Virus record (IMG/VR): IMGVR_UViG_3300029288_000118
Location: 1-64,000 of that record
DNA: 64,000 bases
Direction: 5' to 3' (one strand)
Source of the DNA: a virus
Lineage: Duplodnaviria; Caudoviricetes
The notes below the pieces were generated by a model, which saw only the letters and a program-made list of their open reading frames with translations, was not told the origin of the DNA and did no database searches. The position numbers and the translations under genes are program-made. Positions 45,961-56,088 of this stretch are shown here, piece by piece. The stretch's first letter is position 1. Every line of letters begins with the position of its first letter.

Positions 45961-46491
45961 ATGTCACAGGTAAAAATTGCCAATCCTACAGTAGATTATG
46001 ACCGTGCATCGAATGGGTCAGCTCAAGCCGGGCTACTCGTGAGAGGTGATCCAACTAAACCGGACAATATCATTGCTCGATGTTCAAATATAACCTGGAG
46101 GGTAGGATTTAATATTTCCGATATACCGGAAATCAATACACGAATCTCAAAAGAGACTGCATACGGTAGGCAGGATTTAGTAACTGGTCAAATAGGACTT
46201 GTTATGACGTTGAGAAATAACGATCTCCTACCGACTTCCCGGACGTTAAAAGATGATGATGATGAAATGACTCTTTACCTTATGAGTGGTGATGATCATA
46301 AACTCACTACTCAGGACGGAAAAGTTATCAGTGATGTATTTGTCGGAGTTAAAATCAGCGATAAAGCAGGCGGAGCAGCGGTCAATCAATTACGCATGAC
46401 AAATGTAGGTTGGATTGCCAGAGATCACATGACTGGCGGTGAATGGAAATTAAAGAATCCCGCAACTCCGTATCCAGCAACAGTATCATAA
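45961..46491 (+). CDS. Tail tube protein
   Basis: 176 aa beta-rich ORF directly after sheath; GAGGAG RBS. Confidence 0.7.
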   Translation: MSQVKIANPTVDYDRASNGSAQAGLLVRGDPTKPDNIIARCSNITWRVGFNISDIPEINTRISKETAYGRQDLVTGQIGLVMTLRNNDLLPTSRTLKDDDDEMTLYLMSGDDHKLTTQDGKVISDVFVGVKISDKAGGAAVNQLRMTNVGWIARDHMTGGEWKLKNPATPYPATVS

Positions 46492-46495
46492 CCAC

Positions 46496-46531
46496 ATAGC
46501 TGGGTAATGTAGAAATATATTACCCAGCTAT
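46496..46531 (+). other. Strong intergenic hairpin without U-tract
   Basis: ATAGCTGGGTAATGTA-GAAA-TATATTACCCAGCTAT. Confidence 0.7.
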
Positions 46532-46557
46532 AAAACTAAAAGAGGAGAAAACAGACT

Positions 46558-47001
46558 ATGGAAACGAAGACATTTGAGGTTGAAGGAATAGGAAAGTTTG
46601 AATTTTTACCGGAACTTCCCCATACTATATTTTTCATGGACAAACGCAAAAGAATGATATCTTTTGTGGGCGGAATACGGAATTTACTTACCCTCGAAAC
46701 CATGATGAACGATGGACTTGATTATGATGAAAAATCAAGAATGTATAAAGCGAAAGAATCGGCAGATGAAATGACTCAAAAACTTGGTTTTGCAGCCCTG
46801 TTTGAGTATAATCGCGCTGGATCTATGGTTGAGATGCAAGACCATATAGTAAAGTACCCTGAAGGTAAAACACTTGAACGACTTTTGCCGGAGGAATTCG
46901 CAAAAGTAGAAGAGGAGTTTAGTAAACAGTTATCTTCCTTTCGCGATAAGGGTAAAGAAAAAACAGAATCTTCTTCTTCACCTTCTCAATCTCAAGGATG
47001 A
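46558..47001 (+). CDS. Tail assembly chaperone (G-like)
   Basis: Between tube and tape measure; GAGGAG RBS. Confidence 0.7.
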   Translation: METKTFEVEGIGKFEFLPELPHTIFFMDKRKRMISFVGGIRNLLTLETMMNDGLDYDEKSRMYKAKESADEMTQKLGFAALFEYNRAGSMVEMQDHIVKYPEGKTLERLLPEEFAKVEEEFSKQLSSFRDKGKEKTESSSSPSQSQG

Positions 47002-47302
47002 TAAGCAAAAAATACTTTCAATAACATTTCAGGAGCAAGTAGATAAGTATAAAAGAGTAGTTAGTATTTGGAAGCGGAAATATAATTTGACATCTAATGA
47101 TCCAAGATACTTAACGGCAACATATACAAATATACTGACAGATGTTCTGGAAGAGGTTGTAGGTAATTTTGTTGAAAACTTTGAGATGTGGGATGATGAA
47201 ACCAATAAAAAACTTAGAGAGCAAATAATTAATCCGAACTTTGCTGAGGAGGAACGGGAACGTCTTGCTCAGGAAATTCAGAATTTGTTTGGAAAACAAT
47301 AA
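46943..47302 (+). CDS. Tail chaperone extension (T-like), probably reached by +1 frameshift
   Basis: +1 frame open 46910-47302; WKRKYNLTSNDPRY begins upstream of the track's TTG start at 47087. Confidence 0.6.
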   Translation, partial: AIRVKKKQNLLLHLLNLKDDKQKILSITFQEQVDKYKRVVSIWKRKYNLTSNDPRYLTATYTNILTDVLEEVVGNFVENFEMWDDETNKKLREQIINPNFAEEERERLAQEIQNLFGKQ

Positions 47303-49608
47303 TGGCCGATGATTTCTCAAAAAAATTAGGTATTGATGTAAAAGCCAATCTGGATCCCTCTGGTTTTGAGAGAGGAAGCGATAGGATTATAGCAAGCGCG
47401 GAACATCAAAGAACGGCGTTAGAGGCACTGAGAAAATCTTCGCAAGAACTTCAACAGTTACAACAAGTATATTTAAAGACTCCGGAACTCTATGCTCAAC
47501 AAAGAGCGCAGTATACTGGAAGAGGAGCTTCAATATTTTCGCCTGAAGCGGAAAAGTTAAGACTTGCATCACTTGAACATCAAATTAGATTAGCCGGAGG
47601 CACAGCTCCGACAATAGCTGGTGGTGGCACAATTGAAGAGTTAGAGCAAAGGGATATTACAACCAGGCGGTTGAGGGGATTGGTTGAAGAAAAATTTTCT
47701 CAGTTCGGTGGTATGTCAAGAACTCAAAGAAAAGCCTTAATGGGTGACGTACAACCGCACATTCAAGAACTTCAAAGACGATATGGAGCGACACAATCCT
47801 ATTATTCTGGCAGAGTGAGAGAGGCTACTGCGGAATTTGAGGCAATGTCTGGAGAGGATCAGTTAAAGAATCTTGATGCATTCAATCACAAGATTCAGGT
47901 TTACGAGGATAATGCCAGAAAAGCACGGGTAGCATCCGACGAATTAGCTAAATCGACTAAGAAATTCACGGAAGAGGCGGGATTAGCGTCAAAATCGATT
48001 CCAGCTTACGCTGCAAGCGTCGTTAATATGGGAATAACCATTGGACAAGGGATAGCTCAAATATCTCGTGCAGGTGCGCTTGCGTTCGATTACAGCAGTC
48101 CTTATGCAATGTATTCAGCTCAACAACAGTTTGAGATCCAGCGGAGCAAGACTTTATGGAATACAGGAGGTTCCATAATAGGTCAAATTGGCGGTGCAGC
48201 GGTAGGAGCTATGACAGGAATAAATCCTTTTGCTGCAAGCTATATAGGTGGAATGCTCGGTGGGGGAGCTGGAGATATTATTTCTACGTTCTTAAATATC
48301 GAACCTGAAAGACAATTGAAATACATGGGACAGATGTATGGTAAATCGAGTCAAGCTGTGGATATGTTTACAGGAATTCAAGGTCAGGAATACGGTATTT
48401 CTCGGCGGACCGCAGCAACTCCAGCGCAAATTGCAGCAGTGCTCAGGAGATACGGTAACTTAGGTATTGATCAAGCACAAGCAGCTCAAATAGCAAATCA
48501 GTATGTGAATGCTACAGGCAGTATGAGTGTTGCTGGTTTAGACGAATGGATTAATATGTATGTCCGGACGGGAATAATGCCTCATGGGTTATTAGAAAAA
48601 ATTTCCGGCGGAAGTTCGGTTAACATGCTTGCAAACGCAGGATTAGCAATGGGATTACCGAGAGCGAGATATGCTGATCTGAGTCAATTTATGCAACAAG
48701 CTACAAGTGTTGCTGGTAGGTTGTTTACCAATCCTATGGATATAGAACGCGCAACATCAATGACGATGATGTTACCATATACACTGTATGGTGAAGGCGT
48801 GGGATCAAATAGGTGGGCAACATCCTTTGAAGGTATGCAACAAATAAGTCAAGGTTTCCAAGCATTGGGACAATCAAAGAATACTGGGGAGCAAGCATTT
48901 CTTTTTAACGCACTTAATCAAAGCGGTCAAAGTTGGCGAGAGACACTATTAAGAATGCAAGAAGGAATTTACGGTAAAGGAAATTTAAGGGACATATTGC
49001 AGTATACCCGTCGAGCATACGGTGGACGCGGTGGAGATGCATTGTTTTCGATGTTGTCAGAAAAAGGAGTTAACCCAGACATCGTAAGAAAACTTGTTGG
49101 AGAATTTGAAGGAAATTATAGCGGGTTAATTGCACGTATCGGCGAAGGTGCGGTCACAGAAAAAGACCTTTATAAAAAACTTGGTATGACAGAAGTATCT
49201 CCATTAGCGAGAATTAAAGCAGGAGAATCGATAGCCGTGACTGAATCGGCAAGAGGCATGGCTGAAGCCTTTGCTACCGGACTTGCTCAATTCAATGTTC
49301 AGGTAGCAAGATTAGCTACTGGAGCTGATACACAGAGAAAAATTCAAGATATGCTGGGTAATGTTATACGTTCGGTTGAAGAAGCATTTCAATCGCCAAA
49401 GCCAGCAAAACCGTTAAATCAAAACGATTTTTCGCCAGAAGAATGGGAGAGAATTCAACGTGTAAGAAAATCAATGCAGTCTCTTGTATTGCCAGACGGA
49501 AAGAAAATTAACTTCACTGTAGAAACAACCACAACCGTGAATCTTGATTCGATTTTAAGTACAGTGCCAAGATCACAATATAGAACTACATTTCCTTCTC
49601 ATCCATAA
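47302..49608 (+). CDS. Tape measure protein
   Basis: Helical Ala/Gly/Gln-rich protein after the chaperones. Confidence 0.75.
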   Translation: MADDFSKKLGIDVKANLDPSGFERGSDRIIASAEHQRTALEALRKSSQELQQLQQVYLKTPELYAQQRAQYTGRGASIFSPEAEKLRLASLEHQIRLAGGTAPTIAGGGTIEELEQRDITTRRLRGLVEEKFSQFGGMSRTQRKALMGDVQPHIQELQRRYGATQSYYSGRVREATAEFEAMSGEDQLKNLDAFNHKIQVYEDNARKARVASDELAKSTKKFTEEAGLASKSIPAYAASVVNMGITIGQGIAQISRAGALAFDYSSPYAMYSAQQQFEIQRSKTLWNTGGSIIGQIGGAAVGAMTGINPFAASYIGGMLGGGAGDIISTFLNIEPERQLKYMGQMYGKSSQAVDMFTGIQGQEYGISRRTAATPAQIAAVLRRYGNLGIDQAQAAQIANQYVNATGSMSVAGLDEWINMYVRTGIMPHGLLEKISGGSSVNMLANAGLAMGLPRARYADLSQFMQQATSVAGRLFTNPMDIERATSMTMMLPYTLYGEGVGSNRWATSFEGMQQISQGFQALGQSKNTGEQAFLFNALNQSGQSWRETLLRMQEGIYGKGNLRDILQYTRRAYGGRGGDALFSMLSEKGVNPDIVRKLVGEFEGNYSGLIARIGEGAVTEKDLYKKLGMTEVSPLARIKAGESIAVTESARGMAEAFATGLAQFNVQVARLATGADTQRKIQDMLGNVIRSVEEAFQSPKPAKPLNQNDFSPEEWERIQRVRKSMQSLVLPDGKKINFTVETTTTVNLDSILSTVPRSQYRTTFPSHP

Positions 49609-51437
49609 TGATAAATAATCCAGACATAAGACGGCCAAAGCCAATATTTTTAAATCTTTCACCAACAATAGAGGGAATGGATGATCTATCAGATTATGCA
49701 ATGATGATCCATACAAAAAAGAATTTGTCTACAAACGCCGGGACATGGGAAGCAACATTAGTGCCCTCACCTTATGCTCAAGAGAGGATAAGCAGAGCAG
49801 ATTTTCAGAATATTGTTTATCAAAGTATACGACCAATGGATTGTGTTATACTCGGTCAGTGGGGAAAAGGATTCGACGATGATGACGAATATTCACCTCA
49901 GCATTTCATGTTTGGTTTTGTAGATAATGTATATCGATCATTTTCAAGGGTAAACGGCAGAATAGAACGAAGCGTTAATGTAAGAGGACGGGACGCGACT
50001 AAGTTGTTTCTTGTAGATAATATTGCGAATGCTCCAGAGCTTGCGACTAATCCTGATCTTATGGATGCGTTCGTTAATAAAAAGGTTTTAGAATTTTTAC
50101 AGTATTTGCGCGGGACCTTTAATGGCAAAAGTATTTTTATAAATAGCTGGCTTCCGCAAGTAATATACTGGTTGCTATCAAACGCACCATCAATGAGAAT
50201 AGGATTAGATTATTTACAAGGAAAAGAATCTAACAAGGGAGATCCGAATGATTTATTGAGTCCTGCTGATTTATTCCAAACGTATTTAATGGCAAGGGCT
50301 GATGAAAAGGTATACAACATACCGATGTCTATTTACTCAGGCAGTCTGTTAAATTATTTCACGAGCGTGATTGATCCAGCTTTCTACGAATTATGGATTG
50401 ATACTATGCCATATAATTCTCCGGCTAATTCATCTGGAATGACAAGACCATGTTTGATCATGAGACCCAAGCCTTATGATTATGAATGGGAAAAAACGAA
50501 TTCAAAAGGTGAAGATTTGTTAAATGTGTTTTGTGAATTAAGTAGTAGTAATCCCCTATCATCGATAAATAAATGGAACGAAACAAATAATAAAAATTAT
50601 AATTGGCAAAAATTTATCCATCCAATAACAGCTTGCAGTTTTACGATAAAAGATGAAGACGTAATGCAATGCAATCTTGGCATTTCAGATGAAGAGATAT
50701 TCACCTTGTTTCGTGTGAGTGGAAAAGGTGATATTATTGGGACTGGATCATTGGCTACGTTTGGATTGAATTTTCCACTTATTGACGCTATGATGATGAA
50801 GTCTTATGGATTGAGAGAATTATCGCTTGAAAGTGGTTTAATACCGCCTTCGGTTGACGATCTATCTCAGAGATTTAATACTAAACTTGGAAATATCGTA
50901 CAGAGAGAAGAAAGAGAAGAATATGCTGAAGCATGGGGGAGCAACATATTGACTACATTGGGAGTGTTTAAGAAAGAAGATATTCCTAATTATGTGGAAG
51001 ACTGGGATAGGCAATTAAAAAACAATGCTCTGCTTAGACTAATCACTACAGAAAAAAGAGATAGATTATGGAGAATGAATAGATACAATCACTTGCTTGA
51101 AAGTGGAACTCTGACAATCAAGGGCGGCAATGTTTTTGTTGGGCAGAAAATATTATCTTCTTTGGATTCAGGTATATTTTGGACACGAGGATTATTTGAT
51201 CCACAAACAAGGCAAAGAAATTCTAAGAGTGGAATGGAGTTTTATTGTGTAGGCGTAGAGCAACATGCTGGCTGGGGACAGACCTGGAAGACGGGATTGT
51301 CTTTAACACGAGGTGCAAATATGAGTGAACTACAATCATATTATACTAATCGTCACTTAGACAAAGCTAATGGTAGTCAAAACCAGGTCTTCGCAAGAAA
51401 TACAGAAGGCGAATCAAGCGCAAAGGAGTTATCGTAA
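49608..51437 (+). CDS. Baseplate hub protein
   Basis: FMFGFVDNV...VRGRDATK...DPAFYELWID...LSLTRG. Confidence 0.65.
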   Translation: MINNPDIRRPKPIFLNLSPTIEGMDDLSDYAMMIHTKKNLSTNAGTWEATLVPSPYAQERISRADFQNIVYQSIRPMDCVILGQWGKGFDDDDEYSPQHFMFGFVDNVYRSFSRVNGRIERSVNVRGRDATKLFLVDNIANAPELATNPDLMDAFVNKKVLEFLQYLRGTFNGKSIFINSWLPQVIYWLLSNAPSMRIGLDYLQGKESNKGDPNDLLSPADLFQTYLMARADEKVYNIPMSIYSGSLLNYFTSVIDPAFYELWIDTMPYNSPANSSGMTRPCLIMRPKPYDYEWEKTNSKGEDLLNVFCELSSSNPLSSINKWNETNNKNYNWQKFIHPITACSFTIKDEDVMQCNLGISDEEIFTLFRVSGKGDIIGTGSLATFGLNFPLIDAMMMKSYGLRELSLESGLIPPSVDDLSQRFNTKLGNIVQREEREEYAEAWGSNILTTLGVFKKEDIPNYVEDWDRQLKNNALLRLITTEKRDRLWRMNRYNHLLESGTLTIKGGNVFVGQKILSSLDSGIFWTRGLFDPQTRQRNSKSGMEFYCVGVEQHAGWGQTWKTGLSLTRGANMSELQSYYTNRHLDKANGSQNQVFARNTEGESSAKELS

Positions 51438-51439
51438 AA

Positions 51440-52327
51440 ATGTCAGGTTGTTATAGAATAGAGCAGGATGGATTTGTCAGTGAATACGAATATGAGCAGT
51501 TAAGAAACAATGACCAGCGTATATTTTATCCGGTCACTGGGCACTTTGTGAGGCTGAAAAATAATCCTCAAGCGTTATTTTTATTTGATGATTCAGCAAG
51601 GTTATTTCATTCAATTGATAAAGTAAGTTTTCTGCACAAAGTTAGTAATCCAATTGAAGGCCATAAAATATATCCGCGACCATTTATAATTGATCAAACT
51701 CCGGATGAAAAGAGGATAAAAGGATATCAATTTGGATCTATAATAATCAGCACTGGAGACAAAGTTCTTATATCGTATGTTAATGGTAGCATTTTCAATC
51801 CGTTAGTTATAGGCTCTATAGAACCATTTGGCAGTTTTTACCAGAATAAATTTTTATTGACCAAGCCCGATGAATGGGAACAAGAAAAAAAGAGATTAGA
51901 AAACGATGATTATATTCTCGAGTACAAGGACGATGCGAAAGGTGAGCTGGTACTTAATTTAATTGCTAAGTCTGCGGGTACCGGGAATATTACACTGAAT
52001 TTAACCGGCACAGAAGGCAATGGCAAGGTGACTTTAAACCTTAACGGAAATGTTGGTATAAACCAGGTAGACGGAGATGGGAAGGTAAAACAATCAATTA
52101 CTATGAATTATGGTAATGGTGGGATAAAAATTAAGGGTAAAACAGACGGAAAAGAAGAATATACTCTTTATGGTGAGACGGTAAAAGATAAGCTGGAAAA
52201 AATTATTGCCGCAATAAAAGCGTTAGTATTTATGACCAATACGGGAACCACAACTGGATTAATACCAGCATCGATACAGGAACTCGATGATATCAATCAA
52301 TCACTTAATGAAATACTGGTGGATTAA
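51440..52327 (+). CDS. Baseplate central spike (gpV/gp5-like)
   Basis: GDKVLISYVNG...PLVIG OB-fold motif followed by beta repeats. Confidence 0.7.
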   Translation: MSGCYRIEQDGFVSEYEYEQLRNNDQRIFYPVTGHFVRLKNNPQALFLFDDSARLFHSIDKVSFLHKVSNPIEGHKIYPRPFIIDQTPDEKRIKGYQFGSIIISTGDKVLISYVNGSIFNPLVIGSIEPFGSFYQNKFLLTKPDEWEQEKKRLENDDYILEYKDDAKGELVLNLIAKSAGTGNITLNLTGTEGNGKVTLNLNGNVGINQVDGDGKVKQSITMNYGNGGIKIKGKTDGKEEYTLYGETVKDKLEKIIAAIKALVFMTNTGTTTGLIPASIQELDDINQSLNEILVD

Positions 52328-52584
52328 TGGCTATTAATTATGATAAAGGGAGTTTAAAGAACTCTATAAAAGCCGTGTTAGATGCAGCATCCGAAAGAAC
52401 ATCTGACCCTGCACAGAGTAGAGATGATATTGCTGGAGCAATTGCGGACGCGGTTGATACCTATGTGAAAAAAGTGATTCAAACAGCGAGAGTAAACCAT
52501 GCTTCAGGAACAGTTAATGGTGTAGCACCATCCGGAGGTGGACCTATAACGGCTGGAACGGCGAGCGAAGGAGTGATATCCTAA
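52327..52584 (+). CDS. Small baseplate-region protein
   Basis: IAGAIADAVDTYVK; TAATG coupling after spike gene. Confidence 0.6.
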   Translation: MAINYDKGSLKNSIKAVLDAASERTSDPAQSRDDIAGAIADAVDTYVKKVIQTARVNHASGTVNGVAPSGGGPITAGTASEGVIS

Positions 52585-53432
52585 TGGGTGCGATAAATTT
52601 GAAAAAAAGTGATGCAATAGTATTCCAGCTCTTGAGAAAAAACCTTGCCGGGATAGATGAACCAGCGAGAATCTGGAAGGAAATTAAAGTTGTGACACTG
52701 GCAGTTAAACCATCGTTCATAGATTATAATTATAGGAATCGATCACAAATAAATCAGACTCAGGAAAGAAGTGGTTTTGTTGACAAATATGGTATGCTGT
52801 TTACTCAGGTGAACATGGGTGGATCCTTTGGTATACAACCAAGACGTGTAGGATTATCATTAAAAGACGGGTATACACGATTGATGGAGTTTAGAGATGA
52901 AATAGTCAAAAAATCGAATAGAGTGAACGATGAACTTGATCAAAAAGAAGGAACAAGCCAGATTTTCGGTGGGAACAATCTGGGAAGCGATGCAAATGCA
53001 AAATATGTTTATGCTGTGAACTTTTATGATTTTATCAATAATGAAATGTTTGCTATCGACATAACTACATTCAGCATTCGCTTGGATTCAGCTTTTAATA
53101 CCGTGATGCCAACGTATAAGTTAGGTTTTCAAGAAATTGGCGATGTCATAAAAGTAAATACGATGGATGGAGTACTGAGAGCGTTATTGGCCGTCTCTTC
53201 GGTTATGGATACAATTGAAAACGAGATTAATTATGCATCAGATTATATAACAAGTTCACCTATATTCCAAGCAGTTGAATTCGGGGTAACGATGGTCGAA
53301 GACATTATAAACCAGGCAAATAATCTCAGCGACACAATCATTTTATACGCCGCTGCGACATCCGGGATAGCAACATCGATCAAGAATAGACAAATAAACA
53401 CAGCTTTACAGTTTTCATCCGTAAAGGGTTAA
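52584..53432 (+). CDS. Baseplate protein (tube initiator-like)
   Basis: Position; tube-like beta N-terminus. Confidence 0.5.
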   Translation: MGAINLKKSDAIVFQLLRKNLAGIDEPARIWKEIKVVTLAVKPSFIDYNYRNRSQINQTQERSGFVDKYGMLFTQVNMGGSFGIQPRRVGLSLKDGYTRLMEFRDEIVKKSNRVNDELDQKEGTSQIFGGNNLGSDANAKYVYAVNFYDFINNEMFAIDITTFSIRLDSAFNTVMPTYKLGFQEIGDVIKVNTMDGVLRALLAVSSVMDTIENEINYASDYITSSPIFQAVEFGVTMVEDIINQANNLSDTIILYAAATSGIATSIKNRQINTALQFSSVKG

Positions 53433-53434
53433 TC

Positions 53435-54268
53435 GTGGCAGAAAAGTTATCACAATATTATAAAGAAGTGGAGAAAGCACTTTATCTATTTGAGACCACT
53501 TTGAACACATTGGAAAACAAGATATTAAATCTTCCAGATGAAGACGTGGATTTGGTAGAGAACGATTATTCTGGTGCGGTCTATGCGGTTCAGAATGCGG
53601 TAAACAAATTAATGATTCTCGATAATATTCATAAATTTGAAAAGATAACAAAAAGCCAGATGCAATATTTATTTAGCTCCTATGATTCCGGGAATGGAAT
53701 AAATAAGATAGTTACAGACATTGAATACATAGTAGCAACTTATGACACGATTAGAACTATAGAGCAGAAATTCAATGTACCGTGGCTTAAAATTCAAGAT
53801 TATAATAACATTTTACCAAGCGAGGTTGTCACGGGATTAGCTATACGGATACCGATAGAAACTCCAGTAGATCAGAATACAATTCGAGACATACCTACGA
53901 TTGGTGATCAGCAAGGGAATAACATACTGGGCGTAGATTTTACAAATGATCTGAAAGAAGGTGAAGACGGAGATTTTAAGACGTTAACACCAGAAGAATC
54001 GTTCAAACAATCGGTTGACAACAGACTTACATTGATGCCAGGTTCAGTCCCGTACTATGAAGAAATAGGCTTTGACCCTAAAATTCCAGAAGGTTATAAC
54101 AATGAAGAAATCGAAAGCATATTGCAATTAAGAATCATAAACGCACTTTCGGACGATAAAAGGATTAAAAATATATCTATTTCAGACCAGACAAAAAATA
54201 AAACTTCTCGACAGTTCAGTACTAATATTCAAACAATCAGTGGACAGCAAATTGAACTCCCTATTTAA
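53435..54268 (+). CDS. LysM plus gp25-like baseplate wedge protein
   Basis: YIV...DTIRTI..KF...W..I..YN...IRIP; RLTLMPGSVPYY...DDKRIKNI. Confidence 0.7.
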   Translation: MAEKLSQYYKEVEKALYLFETTLNTLENKILNLPDEDVDLVENDYSGAVYAVQNAVNKLMILDNIHKFEKITKSQMQYLFSSYDSGNGINKIVTDIEYIVATYDTIRTIEQKFNVPWLKIQDYNNILPSEVVTGLAIRIPIETPVDQNTIRDIPTIGDQQGNNILGVDFTNDLKEGEDGDFKTLTPEESFKQSVDNRLTLMPGSVPYYEEIGFDPKIPEGYNNEEIESILQLRIINALSDDKRIKNISISDQTKNKTSRQFSTNIQTISGQQIELPI

Positions 54269-54278
54269 TGGATAGCCC

Positions 54279-55679
54279 ATGAGAACTCAAAAGCAAATAG
54301 AAACAGGTATTTCGCAACTATTTTTTTCCTGGCAAAGCAAAATAACAACCTATGCAAAAGGAAGTTCTGTACGTGCGCTTATAGTTGCGGTCTCCGCTTT
54401 CATTTTTGATTTATGGAACGAAGTTACACAAATAAAAAGAAAACTATTCCCCAGCACAGCAATTGGCACGGATCTCGACGATCTATTAAGTGAGCACGGG
54501 ACAAAAAGGCTTGAACAGGTAAGTTTATCAACTATACTTGTATTTGGCAGTAATGAGATTGTAAAAAGTAATAGTACTAGCGTTGGGTTAAATTATTTGA
54601 CAGACACGACACAATACTGGGATATTAATGAGCATACTGGTAAAATATTATACGATTCCAGCACAAATGAATATACAATAGTATCAAACACGAGTAATAC
54701 TCTGGTTATATCCGGCACTCCAGCAAGTGGATTATATTATATCTTCCCAGTTGTGCCAGTAGGGACGGCAATATTGTCTAATATATCCGGCGTAAAATAT
54801 CTTACCACTTCAGAGGTTATAGTAGGTAAGTCAAACCCTGTTTTATTGGCAAGAACAAATTCAATTGCATTAGGAAATAGAACTATTGCAACTTGTGAAC
54901 AAGCGGGAGACGAAGGAAGAGTGCAAGCGAATGAACTTACTGTATTTGATACCGAGATTTCAGGTGTCAATTCCGTAACGAATCCATTGCCGTCACAACC
55001 GAGAAGCAGTGTAGACAGTGAAAGTGACGATGCTTTTAGACAAAGAACGGCGATGCTCATATCTTCTTATGACATAGGTACTCAAGCATTTTTTGAAAGT
55101 CTGGCAGTAAGAGGAAACAATAAAGTTTTGAGATCAATAGCAAAGAAGAATATACTTACAGATGGAGTGCAAATTCATATTGCTACACGAAGCGGAGAAG
55201 AATTATCAGCGGGAGAATTAACTACGCTTGCGACTTATATTTATGATAGAAGCCGTGCTTTCGATGCGGTAGATTGTGTTAATATGGTAATGACTGATAT
55301 ATTTGTTGATTTAGAATGCGCGTTACCACCGGACGTTACTCTCGAAGATTATTATAACCAGGTAGCAAATGCGTTGGCCGATTATTTTGATTATTCAAAG
55401 TGGGATACCGATGATTCAATCATTGACGATGATTTACTCGTGATTATAAAAGCTATTGATACAGATGTTGACATTGATCTCAGCACGTTTATGGTAGAGG
55501 CATCTAAAGATAGCGTATTTTTTGACAGCAAAAGAATAGAGTTAATAGATTCGTTGCCGAGATTTGCAAGACTGAGAATTAAGGATACTATTTTAAACGA
55601 AACATTGGATTATGTTTTGAATTCGTATCCAATATCACAACAAAATGATCCCTTATTAAATCCATACGCATTCCAATAA
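54279..55679 (+). CDS. Baseplate J-like wedge protein
   Basis: GSSVRALI...TAIGTDLD...ATCEQAG...VTNP...DSESDDAFRQR. Confidence 0.85.
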   Translation: MRTQKQIETGISQLFFSWQSKITTYAKGSSVRALIVAVSAFIFDLWNEVTQIKRKLFPSTAIGTDLDDLLSEHGTKRLEQVSLSTILVFGSNEIVKSNSTSVGLNYLTDTTQYWDINEHTGKILYDSSTNEYTIVSNTSNTLVISGTPASGLYYIFPVVPVGTAILSNISGVKYLTTSEVIVGKSNPVLLARTNSIALGNRTIATCEQAGDEGRVQANELTVFDTEISGVNSVTNPLPSQPRSSVDSESDDAFRQRTAMLISSYDIGTQAFFESLAVRGNNKVLRSIAKKNILTDGVQIHIATRSGEELSAGELTTLATYIYDRSRAFDAVDCVNMVMTDIFVDLECALPPDVTLEDYYNQVANALADYFDYSKWDTDDSIIDDDLLVIIKAIDTDVDIDLSTFMVEASKDSVFFDSKRIELIDSLPRFARLRIKDTILNETLDYVLNSYPISQQNDPLLNPYAFQ

Positions 55680-55691
55680 AGAGGTAATAAT

Positions 55692-56066
55692 ATGTCAGTC
55701 ACAGTCAAGTTTTTTCGTGGGTTAGAAGCCGAACTTCCAACATTGGAGGACGGGCAACCAGGTTGGACGACCGATACCCACAAATTGTTTGTAGGTTCTG
55801 AAGCTGGCAACATTGAGCTTAGTGGTGGTGGAGGTGGTAGTAGTGGAATAATTTCTGGGAATGCTACGCTGGGCGCAGATGGAACAGTAACCGTGCTTAA
55901 TGCGAGTGTAACTACAAAAGAAAAAGTGTTCCTCAACCGCAATTCAGGCAATAGCAATGAAGCTATTTACGTGAGTGCAGCAGTTTCCGGAGTATCTTTT
56001 ACTATCACATCAACAGCAGGTTCTATTGATACAGGACTCGTTATAGGATATATTATTGTATTATAA
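55692..56066 (+). CDS. Short fibre-associated protein with Mtd-N-like motif
   Basis: FFRG...LEDGQPGWTTDTHKLFVG. Confidence 0.65.
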   Translation: MSVTVKFFRGLEAELPTLEDGQPGWTTDTHKLFVGSEAGNIELSGGGGGSSGIISGNATLGADGTVTVLNASVTTKEKVFLNRNSGNSNEAIYVSAAVSGVSFTITSTAGSIDTGLVIGYIIVL

Positions 56067-56088
56067 TTGTATTTTAAAAGGAGAAACC

